64,000 nucleotides of DNA, from positions 22,156-86,155 of the forward strand of contig QEUQ01000004.1 in NCBI GenBank assembly GCA_003577105.1. Reading direction: 5' to 3'. Origin of the DNA: Acidobacteriota bacterium. Lineage in GTDB: Bacteria > Actinomycetota > Acidimicrobiia > ATN3. The position numbers and the translations under genes are program-made. Every line of letters begins with the position of its first letter. The first letter of the stretch is position 1. A model generated the notes under the pieces. The model ran no database searches. It was given only the letters and a program-made list of their open reading frames with translations, and was not told where the DNA came from. Positions 17,979-28,153 of the stretch are shown piece after piece.

Positions 17979-19360
17979 CAGATCCCAATTGGGTCTTCCC
18001 GCATAGAGCAGCGCACGGATTCTGTAGTTCCTGAACCGTCTGAACCCAAGCGCGATGCGCTTGACTCTCTTGATCAAGTTGTTGATGGCCTCGGTCGGCC
18101 CGTTCGAGTATCGGACCTGATGCCAGGCGACGATCTGGTCGAACCAGCGGCGTAGCGTCCGGCCAAGTGACCGGACCTCGACCGGGAAGGAATCGTCTTG
18201 GAGGTCAGCTGCCAGCTCGGTAACGAAGGTGGCGGCAAGTTGGGGATCATCGATCTCGTAGATGGATCTGATGACCTCCTTGGCGTGCCAGGCCATCCGG
18301 ACATCGCCGTGGGGGTCGCCTGCTCGTAGCAGCCCCATCAACTTGGCCTCTCCTTTCTCGTCGAGACGTTCGTGCGCCTTGGTCAACAGACGCCTCGCCC
18401 GATATAGGGGGTCGGCCTTCTGCCCCCGGTGGCCAAGGGTCTCGTTCTGTACGCGTCGGCGACACGCATCTGGCTTGGTATTGGCCAGCTTCACCACATG
18501 AAACGGGTCCGCGATCTGGGTCGCGTGGGCGAGTGTGTCTTCGAAGACCTTCCGATACGGACCGGAAAGGTCGAGTACGCCAAAACAGATGCCGTCCCGC
18601 CACTCCTTGGGCTGTGCCTCGATCCACTCGCTCGGCCCCTTGGCGGAACGCCCCTCGACCACATCTAACAGTCGGGCCTCATCAGCGCCAACGCCCACGA
18701 TTGAGGTGGACCAGTTCTTGCTCCTCCACTTGCCCTTTCGGACAAACAGAGTCTCGTCGAGCCCGAGGGCTGCAACCTCACCGATCCGTCCGTCGTCATC
18801 ATCGACCAGAGCCGTCCCGTAGGCGAGAACCGCGTCGTTGACGGTGTGCCAATCGGCCCCGAGCTCGTCGGCGACCTCTTGGATACTCCGACCTAACTTG
18901 CCGACTTGGTAGGTCACCCAGCGTCCGGCCCGATCGGTCATCTTTCCCCGAGGCGGCGCGATCGTAGGTACCTGCTCGGTGAAGGAGGCCGTCGAGCATT
19001 CGCAGGCGTAGATGAGCCGGCGCTTGCGCCAGACGATCCTTGTAGGCCGGCCGAATGCCGGAAGGTCCACCAGCTCGACTTCGGGACGATCCTTCACCCA
19101 GGCGCCACCCGAGCACCTTGGGCATCTCGGCCGCTCGACGCGGGCCTCTATGTGAATGAGCAGCGGCTCGCCGTCGACATCATCGACGCCAAGGATGTTG
19201 ACGGCGGGAAGTCCGACAAGAATCTCGGCGATGCGCGTAGGGTTGGTCTCCACAGGGGCTCTCCCGGTTCAGGTGGATGAGACCTCCTGATTCTGGGAGC
19301 CCCTGTTACGCGCCTGGTGGACCTCAGACCCCGCTTATTTCCGAAGTGCCGGTAACTCCA
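17900..19360 (-). mobile_element. ISL3-family insertion sequence (approximate boundaries)
   Basis: Surrounds the transposase; terminal repeats were not resolved by eye. Confidence 0.5.
17955..19253 (-). CDS. ISL3-family transposase
   Basis: 432 aa with an N-terminal zinc-finger ('CPRCSGGAWVKDR') and an ISL3/IS204-type DDE domain. Confidence 0.9.
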   Translation of the reverse strand: METNPTRIAEILVGLPAVNILGVDDVDGEPLLIHIEARVERPRCPRCSGGAWVKDRPEVELVDLPAFGRPTRIVWRKRRLIYACECSTASFTEQVPTIAPPRGKMTDRAGRWVTYQVGKLGRSIQEVADELGADWHTVNDAVLAYGTALVDDDDGRIGEVAALGLDETLFVRKGKWRSKNWSTSIVGVGADEARLLDVVEGRSAKGPSEWIEAQPKEWRDGICFGVLDLSGPYRKVFEDTLAHATQIADPFHVVKLANTKPDACRRRVQNETLGHRGQKADPLYRARRLLTKAHERLDEKGEAKLMGLLRAGDPHGDVRMAWHAKEVIRSIYEIDDPQLAATFVTELAADLQDDSFPVEVRSLGRTLRRWFDQIVAWHQVRYSNGPTEAINNLIKRVKRIALGFRRFRNYRIRALLYAGRPNWDLLPTVTPR

Positions 19361-19394
19361 GTTTGGCAATGAGCACGCCACCCTGGCGTTCAGC

Positions 19395-20504
19395 TCAACT
19401 GGCGTATGCGGGGGACCGTGGGAACTTGGCGGTGGCATCGTATCGATGTTGGAGATTCGCCAACAGTCTCAGTGCCGTATTTCCGCAGGAATACGGAGTC
19501 AGGTAAACGAAGATCTTGTCAGGAGTGATGTCGATCGTGATTCGTTCGCCAATGTGGAGATCGACGACTTGAGCAGTGAAGTAGTTCTCCGTAACCTCCT
19601 CGGGAACTCCCCAGAGGCGGAAAGGCTCACGACACGAGAACAGCCCCTCCAGCAAGCGGGGCATGTCGGTAATACGACGACCGAGTTCAATCGTTACGAT
19701 CTCGCCGTCGATTTCGAATCCAGTGTCGGGCGAACCCCGCCACTGGATTCGGTGTGCTGCTTCGATCGATAGCACGAGATCCGCGTACTGACGGATCGTG
19801 TCGGCCACGAACCCAACGTGCGTTTCAAACGATTCCCCGCGAGCAACGAATCGTCCATTGAACTGAACTATTTCATCAAGAGGGGCACCATCGGATTCTG
19901 CGTCGCTCACTTTGGTCGCTACTCCCGTGAGCGCGGCTGCGGTCTTGTATTCAGTCGCTCGTAGCACGCTGAGGAGATCGGTGGCTCCATCGCCCTCGAC
20001 CTGAATGCGCAACCGCCGGTCCTTGACGCCGCTTAGAGGCAGAAGGTCGGCACCCCTGAAATCGGCCTTGAACCAGGTCGCCTGCGACTGCGACTGAATC
20101 TGTTCAAGCAGGAACTGAGGGAACCAGCACGCGTCGACCTTGGAATCCCAAGCAAGGCGGCGTACTTCTCTGTGAGCGTTCCCTGACGCCGATGCCGTAT
20201 GGAGCAGCCAGAAGCGCGGGTCGAGCACATCGACGAAGAATGTGACTGCGTCGCTTTCCATCATCAGCAACGTGTTGTCCCCCGTGGCCTGGATACGCAT
20301 GTCATTTCGATGCGCGAGGTCCTCCGCGAATTCCGCCGCGCCGCTTGTGTCGCTCAAGCCATCAACTTCAAGGCCGTATGACTTGACGGGGCCGCGACCA
20401 CGAACCAGTTTTTGATCGGATGGCAGCCCGCGGCCGGCCAAGAATGGACTGAGCAGACTCGCCAATCCTTGACGATCGAGGCCGTTAGTAGGGCTCGTCT
20501 TCAC
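19395..20504 (-). CDS. Hypothetical protein (369 aa), last gene of the SbcCD-like cluster
   Basis: No recognisable domain; 4-bp overlap with the upstream ORF. Confidence 0.4.
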   Translation of the reverse strand: MKTSPTNGLDRQGLASLLSPFLAGRGLPSDQKLVRGRGPVKSYGLEVDGLSDTSGAAEFAEDLAHRNDMRIQATGDNTLLMMESDAVTFFVDVLDPRFWLLHTASASGNAHREVRRLAWDSKVDACWFPQFLLEQIQSQSQATWFKADFRGADLLPLSGVKDRRLRIQVEGDGATDLLSVLRATEYKTAAALTGVATKVSDAESDGAPLDEIVQFNGRFVARGESFETHVGFVADTIRQYADLVLSIEAAHRIQWRGSPDTGFEIDGEIVTIELGRRITDMPRLLEGLFSCREPFRLWGVPEEVTENYFTAQVVDLHIGERITIDITPDKIFVYLTPYSCGNTALRLLANLQHRYDATAKFPRSPAYAS

Positions 20505-21430
20505 TTTTCAGGGTCTCCTCTCTCGGCCTCGCCGGCGAACTCATCGAGGGAAAGCTGCCCTTCGATCTCGGGTCGACGTCGGCGTCGCCGCCCCGACGCC
20601 TGACGCAGCAGCCGCTGCCAACCCTGTGTCTGTCCTCTGGGGTCCGAATCAGCAGGATTCCTAAGTATCGTAACGGTCCCGCCTCTTTGATTCCTCACTC
20701 GCCCGGTCGTTCGCGAAACGGTGAAGTCACCGAAGAACGTCGTTTGGGCCGCCCGGTGGAGCACGTCCGTTACCCGGACAGCGATTCGCGAACGTGTCGT
20801 GTGGCTCAGCATCGTCAGAAAGGGAACGCGATCTACAAGTGCAATAACGGGGACGACTGACTCGCCACGGCTCATTGCGGCTACTACCTCCGCGACGAAG
20901 ATTCGCTCGATGTCGTCGTCCGAGCTTTCCGCGTCCACCTGGATCAGCGCGGGCGGGGGCCCTGGGACCGGGACCTCAAACGGCTTCAATTCGGAGCCCG
21001 ACGGGACCCTCAACCTGCACTGCCGCCCCCCGACAGCCAGCGTCGCGCAGCTTAGGCCAGATTGCTGTATCCCCTTCAGAATGCGCTCTTCGTTTTCTTC
21101 GAGGAAGGCGTACACGACCTCGACCTTCGTTTTCGACGCCTTCGGGGGGTTGATCGTGATTATGCGACGAAGGTCCTTCAGCGTCATCGCTCCGTACTTC
21201 CGCGCCTGATCGACATCGACGTTTGCGCCGCTCTTGGCCTCGGTAACGATTGCGAGTTTCGAGTCATCGGAAAGCGCAACCCCATCGGCCATGACGGTTG
21301 AAATCGCCGTCGAGATCGGCACTTCAAACCACGCCGGGCGCAGTCCTTGACTACCGAGGGGTCTCGGCCAGCCCGCGTCACCGCGCATCAACGCTATCCA
21401 AGCGTTGATAGGGATGAGCCGTCGATCCAT
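20501..21430 (-). CDS. Hypothetical protein (309 aa)
   Basis: No recognisable domain; co-oriented and translationally coupled to 19395-20504. Confidence 0.4.
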   Translation of the reverse strand: MDRRLIPINAWIALMRGDAGWPRPLGSQGLRPAWFEVPISTAISTVMADGVALSDDSKLAIVTEAKSGANVDVDQARKYGAMTLKDLRRIITINPPKASKTKVEVVYAFLEENEERILKGIQQSGLSCATLAVGGRQCRLRVPSGSELKPFEVPVPGPPPALIQVDAESSDDDIERIFVAEVVAAMSRGESVVPVIALVDRVPFLTMLSHTTRSRIAVRVTDVLHRAAQTTFFGDFTVSRTTGRVRNQRGGTVTILRNPADSDPRGQTQGWQRLLRQASGRRRRRRPEIEGQLSLDEFAGEAERGDPEK

Positions 21431-21716
21431 CAGCGTCCTCCCTGGGTTTCCGCGGATACGAGCGAACGGGCCAGAGCATTCTGCTTCAGCGGCGTGACAG
21501 CGTGAGGGAATTCGTCGCCGGCGTCGTAGCGACGATCTCCTTGTCGAAGACAGGCCGCGTCAAGTCCACGGCCGATTTCAAGGCGGCGCTCGAGATCCCA
21601 GCCGAACGGCAGGCCCTCGTGGCCGCGACCCGCATACGACCGGCTCAAGATCGTGGCCCGCGCAAGCGAATTCCGCGACTCGTGCCGAGAGCCGGTTTCA
21701 ATGCCATCACCGGTCG

Positions 21717-24398
21717 TCATGAGGATGCGAGCTCCTCGGATGGTCGCGCGCCTTGAGGAAGCTTGACCGTGACGGCGTCGCCGATGAATCGGTAGCGATC
21801 CGGGTAGCAGGTGAGCAGGATCACTTGGCACTGCTGGCGCGCGGCGATCATGCGAATCACTGCCCCAAGTGCCTCGAGCCGTTCAGGATCGCTGTAGCCC
21901 AGCGCATCATCGAGCACAACGGGTACGCCTGAGTCCGGGTCGACAAGAGCAGCCGTTGCCAGGCGCGCCAAGATCGAGAGCTGTTCGCGAGCCCCAACGC
22001 TCAGCTGCTCGAAGGGGACCGTCACGCCGTCAAGCGCACGCCGGCTGATCGCGAGGTCTTCACTCAGCTCGACCGCGAAGCTGGCACCGAAAACGATCCG
22101 GCCCAGCTCTTCGATCTTCTCCCGCAGCGGTGCCCTGTACCGCTGAAACGCTTCAGTGCGGCAAGCTGCCATCGTCTCGTAGAGCTTCGCGGCAGCTTGC
22201 GCGCGACGCCACAGCGATTCCCAAGCTCGGCGCTGATGCTCCAGCTGAGACCTGGCTTCGTCCAGTTGCTCCGCTATGCCATCAGCGCCCAGAGTCTCAA
22301 GCTTCACGCGTGCGTCGCGAAGGTCGTGCGCGGTGCTGTCCCGGTCCTCCCTGCATCTGTCGACTGCGGCGGAAGCGTTTTCAGCTCTGGCCCGGACTTT
22401 CTCGGGCTCAAGAGCCTCGTACTCACGACGGCCGTCCTCTAGGCGAGCCGCCTTCTCTTGGACATCGCGCTCCTTAGAGCGGAGCTTCTCTTCAAGCTCC
22501 TCATCTGAATGCTGCTGCCGGGCTCCTTCCAGCTCTTCCCGGACCTGTGCCAGTCGGCCCCGCAGCTGCTCGTGATCGGCCTGTTGCTTGGCAAGTTGCT
22601 GATTGAGCGTTTCGAGTTGGGACTGTGCAGCATCCCGCTCACTTTCGGCTTCAGCGCGCTCCTCATCGGCCTCCTCTCGGGCCGTTTCAGCAGCGGCCAA
22701 GAGCGCGCTGGCGTCGTCGAGGTCAGCAGCCATCGATAAGTCAGATTGGCGCGTTTCCGGATGCGCATCCACAAATGCTCTGAGGTTGCTCACCTTCTGC
22801 TTAAGTTCTTCTCGACTCAAGTCTCGAAGAGCATCTCGGATGCGCTCCTCAGCATGCTTGATAACGCCGGCTGCCTCGCGTCGCTCGTCGTTGACTCGCT
22901 TGGCGTCAGCAAGGTCGGTTACCCCGAGGTCGGCCAGGAGCCCAGCGATGTTCGCCTGGACATCGTCGAGTTCCCGGGATGCAATCTCCGGGGAAGATCC
23001 GGGCCGAACCGTGATTGTGACAATCTCGGGGATCTCGAACTTGGCCTCGGCGGTAACTCTCCTCTCAATAGGGTGGCCATCCCGGAGCTGCTCTGGCTCA
23101 CCGTCAATCACGAGCGAGGAGTTAGTGTGAGGCTCTAGGCGAACACTCGGGCTCCCAGCCTCAAGGGTTGCGCGCTTCACAATCGCCTCGTGCTCAAGTT
23201 GCCGCAGACGCTCCAGCGCGTCGTCATCCACGAGACTCCGACTCACGACTTCTTGCGCGACGGCCACCTCCTGCTCGGCCGCTTCTGCTCGAGCCAGGCG
23301 CTCGCCCATCATTTCGAGGTCGAGCTTGCCTCGAAGGAAGTCATGGTCGGTCCTCCGAATCTGCTCGATTCGGCGGCAGTCTTCCAGGACAGAATTCGCC
23401 TGCTTGCCGCGCTCGATCGCCCTGTCAACACGAACTCTGGCGTTCGCCTGATCGCTCGATACCGCCGCGCGGCCACTCGCGAGGCCGGTTTCTTGCTCGA
23501 TGTACTGCTTTTCGTCGTCAGCGAGCTTTCTACGCCGCTCCACCGCGTCGCTGACGGGAGCTAATTCGGCCTTGGCGCTGTTGAGTTCAGACTCAAGCTG
23601 TTCAATCTCTGACGCCTTCGCAATCACGTTATCGAGCTTGGCACCGAGATCCGCGGCCTCAGCCTCCGCCTCCGCAAGGCGGATTTCGAGTCGGGCGCGA
23701 TCTCTTGCAAGGCTTTCCGCTGTTGATGTGAGCTCTTCAAGGTCTCTGAGGGCCGTTTCTCGCTCACCCTCGCGACCTTCGAGTTCCCTCACTGCGTCTT
23801 CTTGCTCCTGTATTTCCTTCTTGCGCTTCCCGGTACCCGTGAAGTACTTGCCAAACTCGGTCTCTGCCTTCGCGAAAAGTGTGTCTTCCGCGGCACTCAC
23901 GGGTGTGCTGCCGGCAGCGCCATCGAGTGCAGCCTGAAGCGCATGCGACTCACCCAGCGTCGGCTGAGAGATCTCTGTGCCCTGCTCGAATTGAAGAGCT
24001 GCCCAAAGACCCTCGTCCAACGTCTCCGCGATGATCTCGCTCATCCGTTCGTGCGCTTCTCGTCCCGCGATCGATTCAGTTCGCGGCTTGGTGATCTGCA
24101 GTGTCGTCTCGCCACGCCGGCCTGGGCCAAATGTCTTGCTGTAGGTGAGTTCGTAGTCCCCCGTCTGCAACGTCAACTCAACCCGGGGGTCAGCATCCCG
24201 ATGAACCGGCCTGCTCGCCTTGACATCCTTCTTGGTTGAGTCTGAAGGCGCAGTAAAGAGAAGGTTGATGGCTTCTATGAGCGACGACTTACCGACCTCA
24301 TTCGGACCTTCGACGATTGTGATCCCATCAGTACTGAAATCAACATCGCACTCATCAACCCCACGGAAGTTACGGATGCCGACACGGTGAATCCTCAC
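21717..24398 (-). CDS. SbcC/Rad50-like AAA ATPase with long coiled coil (actinobacterial Rv1278-like)
   Basis: N-terminal 'IRNFRGVDECDVDFSTDGITIVEGPNEVGKSSLIEAI' P-loop, ~500 aa of Ala/Glu/Arg-rich coiled coil, C-terminal 'QVILLTCYPDRY' D-loop region; 4-bp overlap with the upstream SbcD-like gene. Confidence 0.8.
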   Translation of the reverse strand: MRIHRVGIRNFRGVDECDVDFSTDGITIVEGPNEVGKSSLIEAINLLFTAPSDSTKKDVKASRPVHRDADPRVELTLQTGDYELTYSKTFGPGRRGETTLQITKPRTESIAGREAHERMSEIIAETLDEGLWAALQFEQGTEISQPTLGESHALQAALDGAAGSTPVSAAEDTLFAKAETEFGKYFTGTGKRKKEIQEQEDAVRELEGREGERETALRDLEELTSTAESLARDRARLEIRLAEAEAEAADLGAKLDNVIAKASEIEQLESELNSAKAELAPVSDAVERRRKLADDEKQYIEQETGLASGRAAVSSDQANARVRVDRAIERGKQANSVLEDCRRIEQIRRTDHDFLRGKLDLEMMGERLARAEAAEQEVAVAQEVVSRSLVDDDALERLRQLEHEAIVKRATLEAGSPSVRLEPHTNSSLVIDGEPEQLRDGHPIERRVTAEAKFEIPEIVTITVRPGSSPEIASRELDDVQANIAGLLADLGVTDLADAKRVNDERREAAGVIKHAEERIRDALRDLSREELKQKVSNLRAFVDAHPETRQSDLSMAADLDDASALLAAAETAREEADEERAEAESERDAAQSQLETLNQQLAKQQADHEQLRGRLAQVREELEGARQQHSDEELEEKLRSKERDVQEKAARLEDGRREYEALEPEKVRARAENASAAVDRCREDRDSTAHDLRDARVKLETLGADGIAEQLDEARSQLEHQRRAWESLWRRAQAAAKLYETMAACRTEAFQRYRAPLREKIEELGRIVFGASFAVELSEDLAISRRALDGVTVPFEQLSVGAREQLSILARLATAALVDPDSGVPVVLDDALGYSDPERLEALGAVIRMIAARQQCQVILLTCYPDRYRFIGDAVTVKLPQGARPSEELASS

Positions 24399-25558
24399 GT
24401 GCCGCTCCTAGCCAACCGGTAAAGCAATCCCAGTGCGTCTCGAGCCGCCCGCGACGGATCGTCAAGATCGGTGCCTCCCGTCGATGCCTCGGCCACAAGA
24501 CGATCGAGTGCATCTTTGGCGAAGCCGGAAAGTCCAAGGTCGCTGAAGTCGTCGTCGTCAGGGCGAACCGCGAGATCACTCTCGCGGTCCCAGTCTTCGA
24601 CAGCAGCGAAAAGGTCGCTCGCTCTGTCGAGAATCTCACCCAGCTCGGCTTCCTCGCGAATGCTGACCGTCCCCCGAAATGCCAGCTTTAAGATCTTTCG
24701 ATCCTTCTGTGAGAAACTCTCGAGCCAATCGTCGACAACCCTCAGGTCATCAGCCCCGTCTATCGGAAACTCCCGGCGGATGAAACTCCAGGTTCCAGTG
24801 TGGCGCTTCTCGACCCGGCACTTCGAGCCGTCGAGCTCGACGACAAGGATGTTGCCGGAATCGTCTTCGACGTAATCGGTGGGCTCCGGGGTCCCCGAGT
24901 ACCAAATGCGGCCGGTCTCCCCTGCATCGAGCGTCGAGTGCCTGTCGCCGAGGGCAACGTAGTCGAGTAGTCCGTCGCGCACATTCTGCTCGGCCGATGC
25001 GAGGGAGATAAGCGCTGGATTCGCTTCATCTGGTACCAGCGAATCGAGCTGCCCGTGCGCGACGCCAATCCGGATGCCCGACTTGCCGCCGCCTTCGATA
25101 CCCGCTTTCGCGATTGCATCCGCGAGGAGGTCTGTCAGCGGCTTACGAGTAAGCAACGGAGCTGCGATTACCTGGACTCCCGGTGACACCTCTACAAGTC
25201 CCGGCTCGTCGAGGACAACGACATTGTCCGGCTTGCGTTCCCCGAACTCGGGCGTTTGGTATATCGACGATGGATCAAGCGCGTCGTGGTTGCCCGGGAG
25301 CAAGTAGAAGGTGACTTCGCACTCGGAGATCGCTTCGAGAGTGGCATACACCGTGCGACGGTGCAGGAAGTTGGAGTCGAAGACATCGCCTGCAACGACT
25401 ACAAAATCACAGGATTCCTCAGCCGCAACGCGCCCAATCGCCCGGATGGCTTCGAGTCGCGCGTCATTGAACCGAGCTTGCGCATCGGCATCGAGGAAGT
25501 GCCGCGTCATCCCGATCTGCCAGTCGGATGTGTGGATGAATCGAGTGCCGTCAGACAT
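24395..25558 (-). CDS. SbcD/Mre11-like metallophosphoesterase (Rv1277-like)
   Basis: 'FIHTSDWQIG', 'VVVAGDVFD', 'LLPGNHD' calcineurin-like phosphoesterase motifs; internal Met at 25558 taken as start. Confidence 0.8.
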   Translation of the reverse strand: MSDGTRFIHTSDWQIGMTRHFLDADAQARFNDARLEAIRAIGRVAAEESCDFVVVAGDVFDSNFLHRRTVYATLEAISECEVTFYLLPGNHDALDPSSIYQTPEFGERKPDNVVVLDEPGLVEVSPGVQVIAAPLLTRKPLTDLLADAIAKAGIEGGGKSGIRIGVAHGQLDSLVPDEANPALISLASAEQNVRDGLLDYVALGDRHSTLDAGETGRIWYSGTPEPTDYVEDDSGNILVVELDGSKCRVEKRHTGTWSFIRREFPIDGADDLRVVDDWLESFSQKDRKILKLAFRGTVSIREEAELGEILDRASDLFAAVEDWDRESDLAVRPDDDDFSDLGLSGFAKDALDRLVAEASTGGTDLDDPSRAARDALGLLYRLARSGT

Positions 25559-25713
25559 GCGAGGTCTCACTCGGGTCTGGGTTCGACCGGTATTGAGAGA
25601 CAATGCACGTCAACTCCAAATTTGTTCCGGTTCCTGCCCGTGGAGAGATGCAGCACGGGACGGGCCACAGATGGCCATCTCGGGGGCACGAGGCACAACT
25701 GAGAACATCGTTC

Positions 25714-28011
25714 TCAGCCCCACTTGTTCTTCACAAAAGAGACGAGATCCTTTCCCTCAAGAACTCGCGTTGAGTTGTTCACGCGCACGTAGAACACCTG
25801 CTCGCCCTTGGATGTTTTCGCGTATACCGCTTCGGGAGAGGGTGAAACGGTGATGGTGCAAACCTGCTCCTCCTCGATGCCCTCAATGCGGATTCGAGCG
25901 CGAGCCGACGTCGCCGCGCCGAGCGCGGAGGCGAGAACGCTGCTCAGCGCGTTCACATACCGATCCGCGTCGATGCCTTTGTGATCGAGATCTGCTTGAA
26001 TCCCGAGTACCTGATGATCGTCCGAAATCCCTATGGCCAAGGTACCCCCGTCAGCGTTGAAGAACGCCGCTACTGTCTTGATCACGCTCTCTGTCACAAC
26101 CTTTTCGGGCACGTCCGGCTTGTAGCTGAAGAACGCCGACGACTTGAACTCGACAGTCCCATCTTCATCGGCATCGATGAGATCCTTGAGAGTCCACCTT
26201 GGCTCAGTAGGCGGTGACGCAGGAGGTGCGTCTTGCTCGGTCTCATCGCTGGGAAAGTCCCCGTTCCGAAGCTTCTCGAACGCTATCCGCACAACGTTGG
26301 CAATCAGTTGCCGCCGCTCCTTGAGGAACTCGGTGTATTCCATGTTCTCCCACCCTTCAGGCAATGCGTGCCAGAAGCGGGCTTTCTGTTGTTCTTCGCC
26401 GTTGAGTTCACCAAACAGGGCAGGGAAGTACGCGCTAGGGGGCTGGTCACCAATCGAAGCGTTATCGGGCCATTCGACGAAGGCGTAGTTGGCGATCTGA
26501 TTCCGCATACGACTATCGAATCCAAGGGTTCCCAAGTATTTCGCAGGAAAGAGGTGGTGACGTTCGATCGCAGAACGAGGCGCGTGGGTCGATGGGTTCA
26601 GCAGCTCGGCGGTCGTGAGCCGCGAGAACAGAGGAGTAGCACTGAGGAGGACGAGGCTTGCGTGATACGCGAACAGCGTCGGGCTGTAGGCAGCAGAGGT
26701 CTCTAATCCAGACGGCAGCTGGATCTCCCAATAGTCGTTGGTAAGCGCCGTTTCGATGATCTGGTCGAGGGCCAAAACGAAGCCGTCTGAGCCGGTCACG
26801 CCTTCGAGCTGGCGGAGATCTGCCTCCACGCGCGTCTCGAAGCTTCCCGTATACCGTCCGGTTATCGCGGTCATGAAGAACCAGCGAGCGATCACTTCCC
26901 GAAGTAGCCTCCGGTCGACGCCATAGGTCCGCAGGCCTATCAGGTAAAAGAGGTAGCCAAACAACAGGTTGTTCTCCGAGCTGATCATCGAGTGGCTGCA
27001 GTATCCGGCTCGGCGGATCCCCTTCAAGAACTCGTGCCAGTTCGTCAGGTCTAGCACCGCCGATTGTGCGTCGCGCAGTGCGTCAAACTGTCGCTCCCGG
27101 ACCTCAGCAGAGACTTCGCCAGTCGCTAGATCCTTCCCGCGCAAGACCTGATAGACCGACCTGAGTCGGCCACGCCGGAACGCCAGGCCTGCCGCGACTC
27201 GCAGCAGTTGGTCTGGCGAGGGCGCGATAAAAGGGTTCGCGGGAGACGCCACACCCGAAGGCGCGGTCTTCGCGGCACGCGCGAACTCCTCCAGGGCCTT
27301 GCGCCCCTTATCCCACCAAACAGACATCAGGGTAAGAATGAAATCTGCTTGATCAAGTCGGACACCCTCGCTGTTGATACGCACGAAAATCTCGGCGACC
27401 TGCTCTTCGTCGATGTCGCTGCCAAGTTCTACGATCTTGAATGGATAATTCCTCATGTCGAAGAGGCGGTCGATGGCTGTCCAGTGGCGGTCCTCCTCAT
27501 CCTCGTCCAGCTCGCCTTTGGCGGCCTCCAGACGATCGATGAATGACTGCACCTTCTTCTTCATTCCTCCACCGGCCCAAAGGGTGGAGATGTCGGAAAT
27601 GAACTCAGGATCCTTCTCAATTGCGGCGTCAGCCACTTCGAACTGGGCATCGCGGGGCCTAAAAGCGATACGAATTCGGCTCTCGGTAAAGTCATCGCGG
27701 ACAACGGGCTGACCCGTCATGACGGCATAGAGCGAGGTAAGGCGCTGTTGGCCATCTACGATCATGAGGCGTGGCGCGGCCTCCTTCGTGTCGGTACCAA
27801 TACTCCTGGCGCCGGCCTCGGCCCCCGTTGACCAGAGCAACAAGAACCCGACAGGAAATCCCCGATACATCGAGTCGAAAAGGTCCCGGACCTTTGCGGC
27901 CTTCCAGACGAACGGGCGCTGGATGTCTGGCAGCGCGATCTCGCCTCGCCGAATCTCCTCTAATAGAGTCGACAGGTTATATGTCGTGTCTTTGAAGACT
28001 GTTATGGCCAC
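25714..28011 (-). CDS. GmrSD-like type IV restriction enzyme (DUF262 + DUF1524/HNH-like) fused to a C-terminal AlbA_2 / Schlafen-like domain
   Basis: N-terminal DUF262 'DIQRPFVWK...DGQQRLTSL', central DUF1524 'IERHHLFPAKYL', C-terminal 'EFKSS...NADGGTLAIGISDDHQVLGI' (AlbA_2-like). Confidence 0.7.
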   Translation of the reverse strand: MAITVFKDTTYNLSTLLEEIRRGEIALPDIQRPFVWKAAKVRDLFDSMYRGFPVGFLLLWSTGAEAGARSIGTDTKEAAPRLMIVDGQQRLTSLYAVMTGQPVVRDDFTESRIRIAFRPRDAQFEVADAAIEKDPEFISDISTLWAGGGMKKKVQSFIDRLEAAKGELDEDEEDRHWTAIDRLFDMRNYPFKIVELGSDIDEEQVAEIFVRINSEGVRLDQADFILTLMSVWWDKGRKALEEFARAAKTAPSGVASPANPFIAPSPDQLLRVAAGLAFRRGRLRSVYQVLRGKDLATGEVSAEVRERQFDALRDAQSAVLDLTNWHEFLKGIRRAGYCSHSMISSENNLLFGYLFYLIGLRTYGVDRRLLREVIARWFFMTAITGRYTGSFETRVEADLRQLEGVTGSDGFVLALDQIIETALTNDYWEIQLPSGLETSAAYSPTLFAYHASLVLLSATPLFSRLTTAELLNPSTHAPRSAIERHHLFPAKYLGTLGFDSRMRNQIANYAFVEWPDNASIGDQPPSAYFPALFGELNGEEQQKARFWHALPEGWENMEYTEFLKERRQLIANVVRIAFEKLRNGDFPSDETEQDAPPASPPTEPRWTLKDLIDADEDGTVEFKSSAFFSYKPDVPEKVVTESVIKTVAAFFNADGGTLAIGISDDHQVLGIQADLDHKGIDADRYVNALSSVLASALGAATSARARIRIEGIEEEQVCTITVSPSPEAVYAKTSKGEQVFYVRVNNSTRVLEGKDLVSFVKNKWG

Positions 28012-28153
28012 GTTTTCCTCCCTCTGATCCGATACTCACTATCTGGCGCAGACGCGTCGGCGGGCAGCTGTCTATCTTGCTCCGCCACCCCGTCAGCGAA
28101 CGAGTGCTTGTAGAAACCGCTCGCGACCTTTGGGCGGAAACTGCATTGAAAAG

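Noticed and set aside
21430-21831. 133-aa ORF overlapping the 3' end of the SbcC-like gene and the following spacer
   Set aside because: Arg/Gly-rich, no motif, and overlaps a well-supported gene. The 286-bp spacer is treated as intergenic (possible internal promoter).
22100-24250. Multiple 80-175-aa ORFs on the plus strand inside the SbcC-like gene (e.g. 22603-23130, 23500-23937)
   Set aside because: Ser/Ala/Arg-rich antisense translations of the coiled-coil region, an artefact of high GC and repetitive Ala/Glu/Arg codons.
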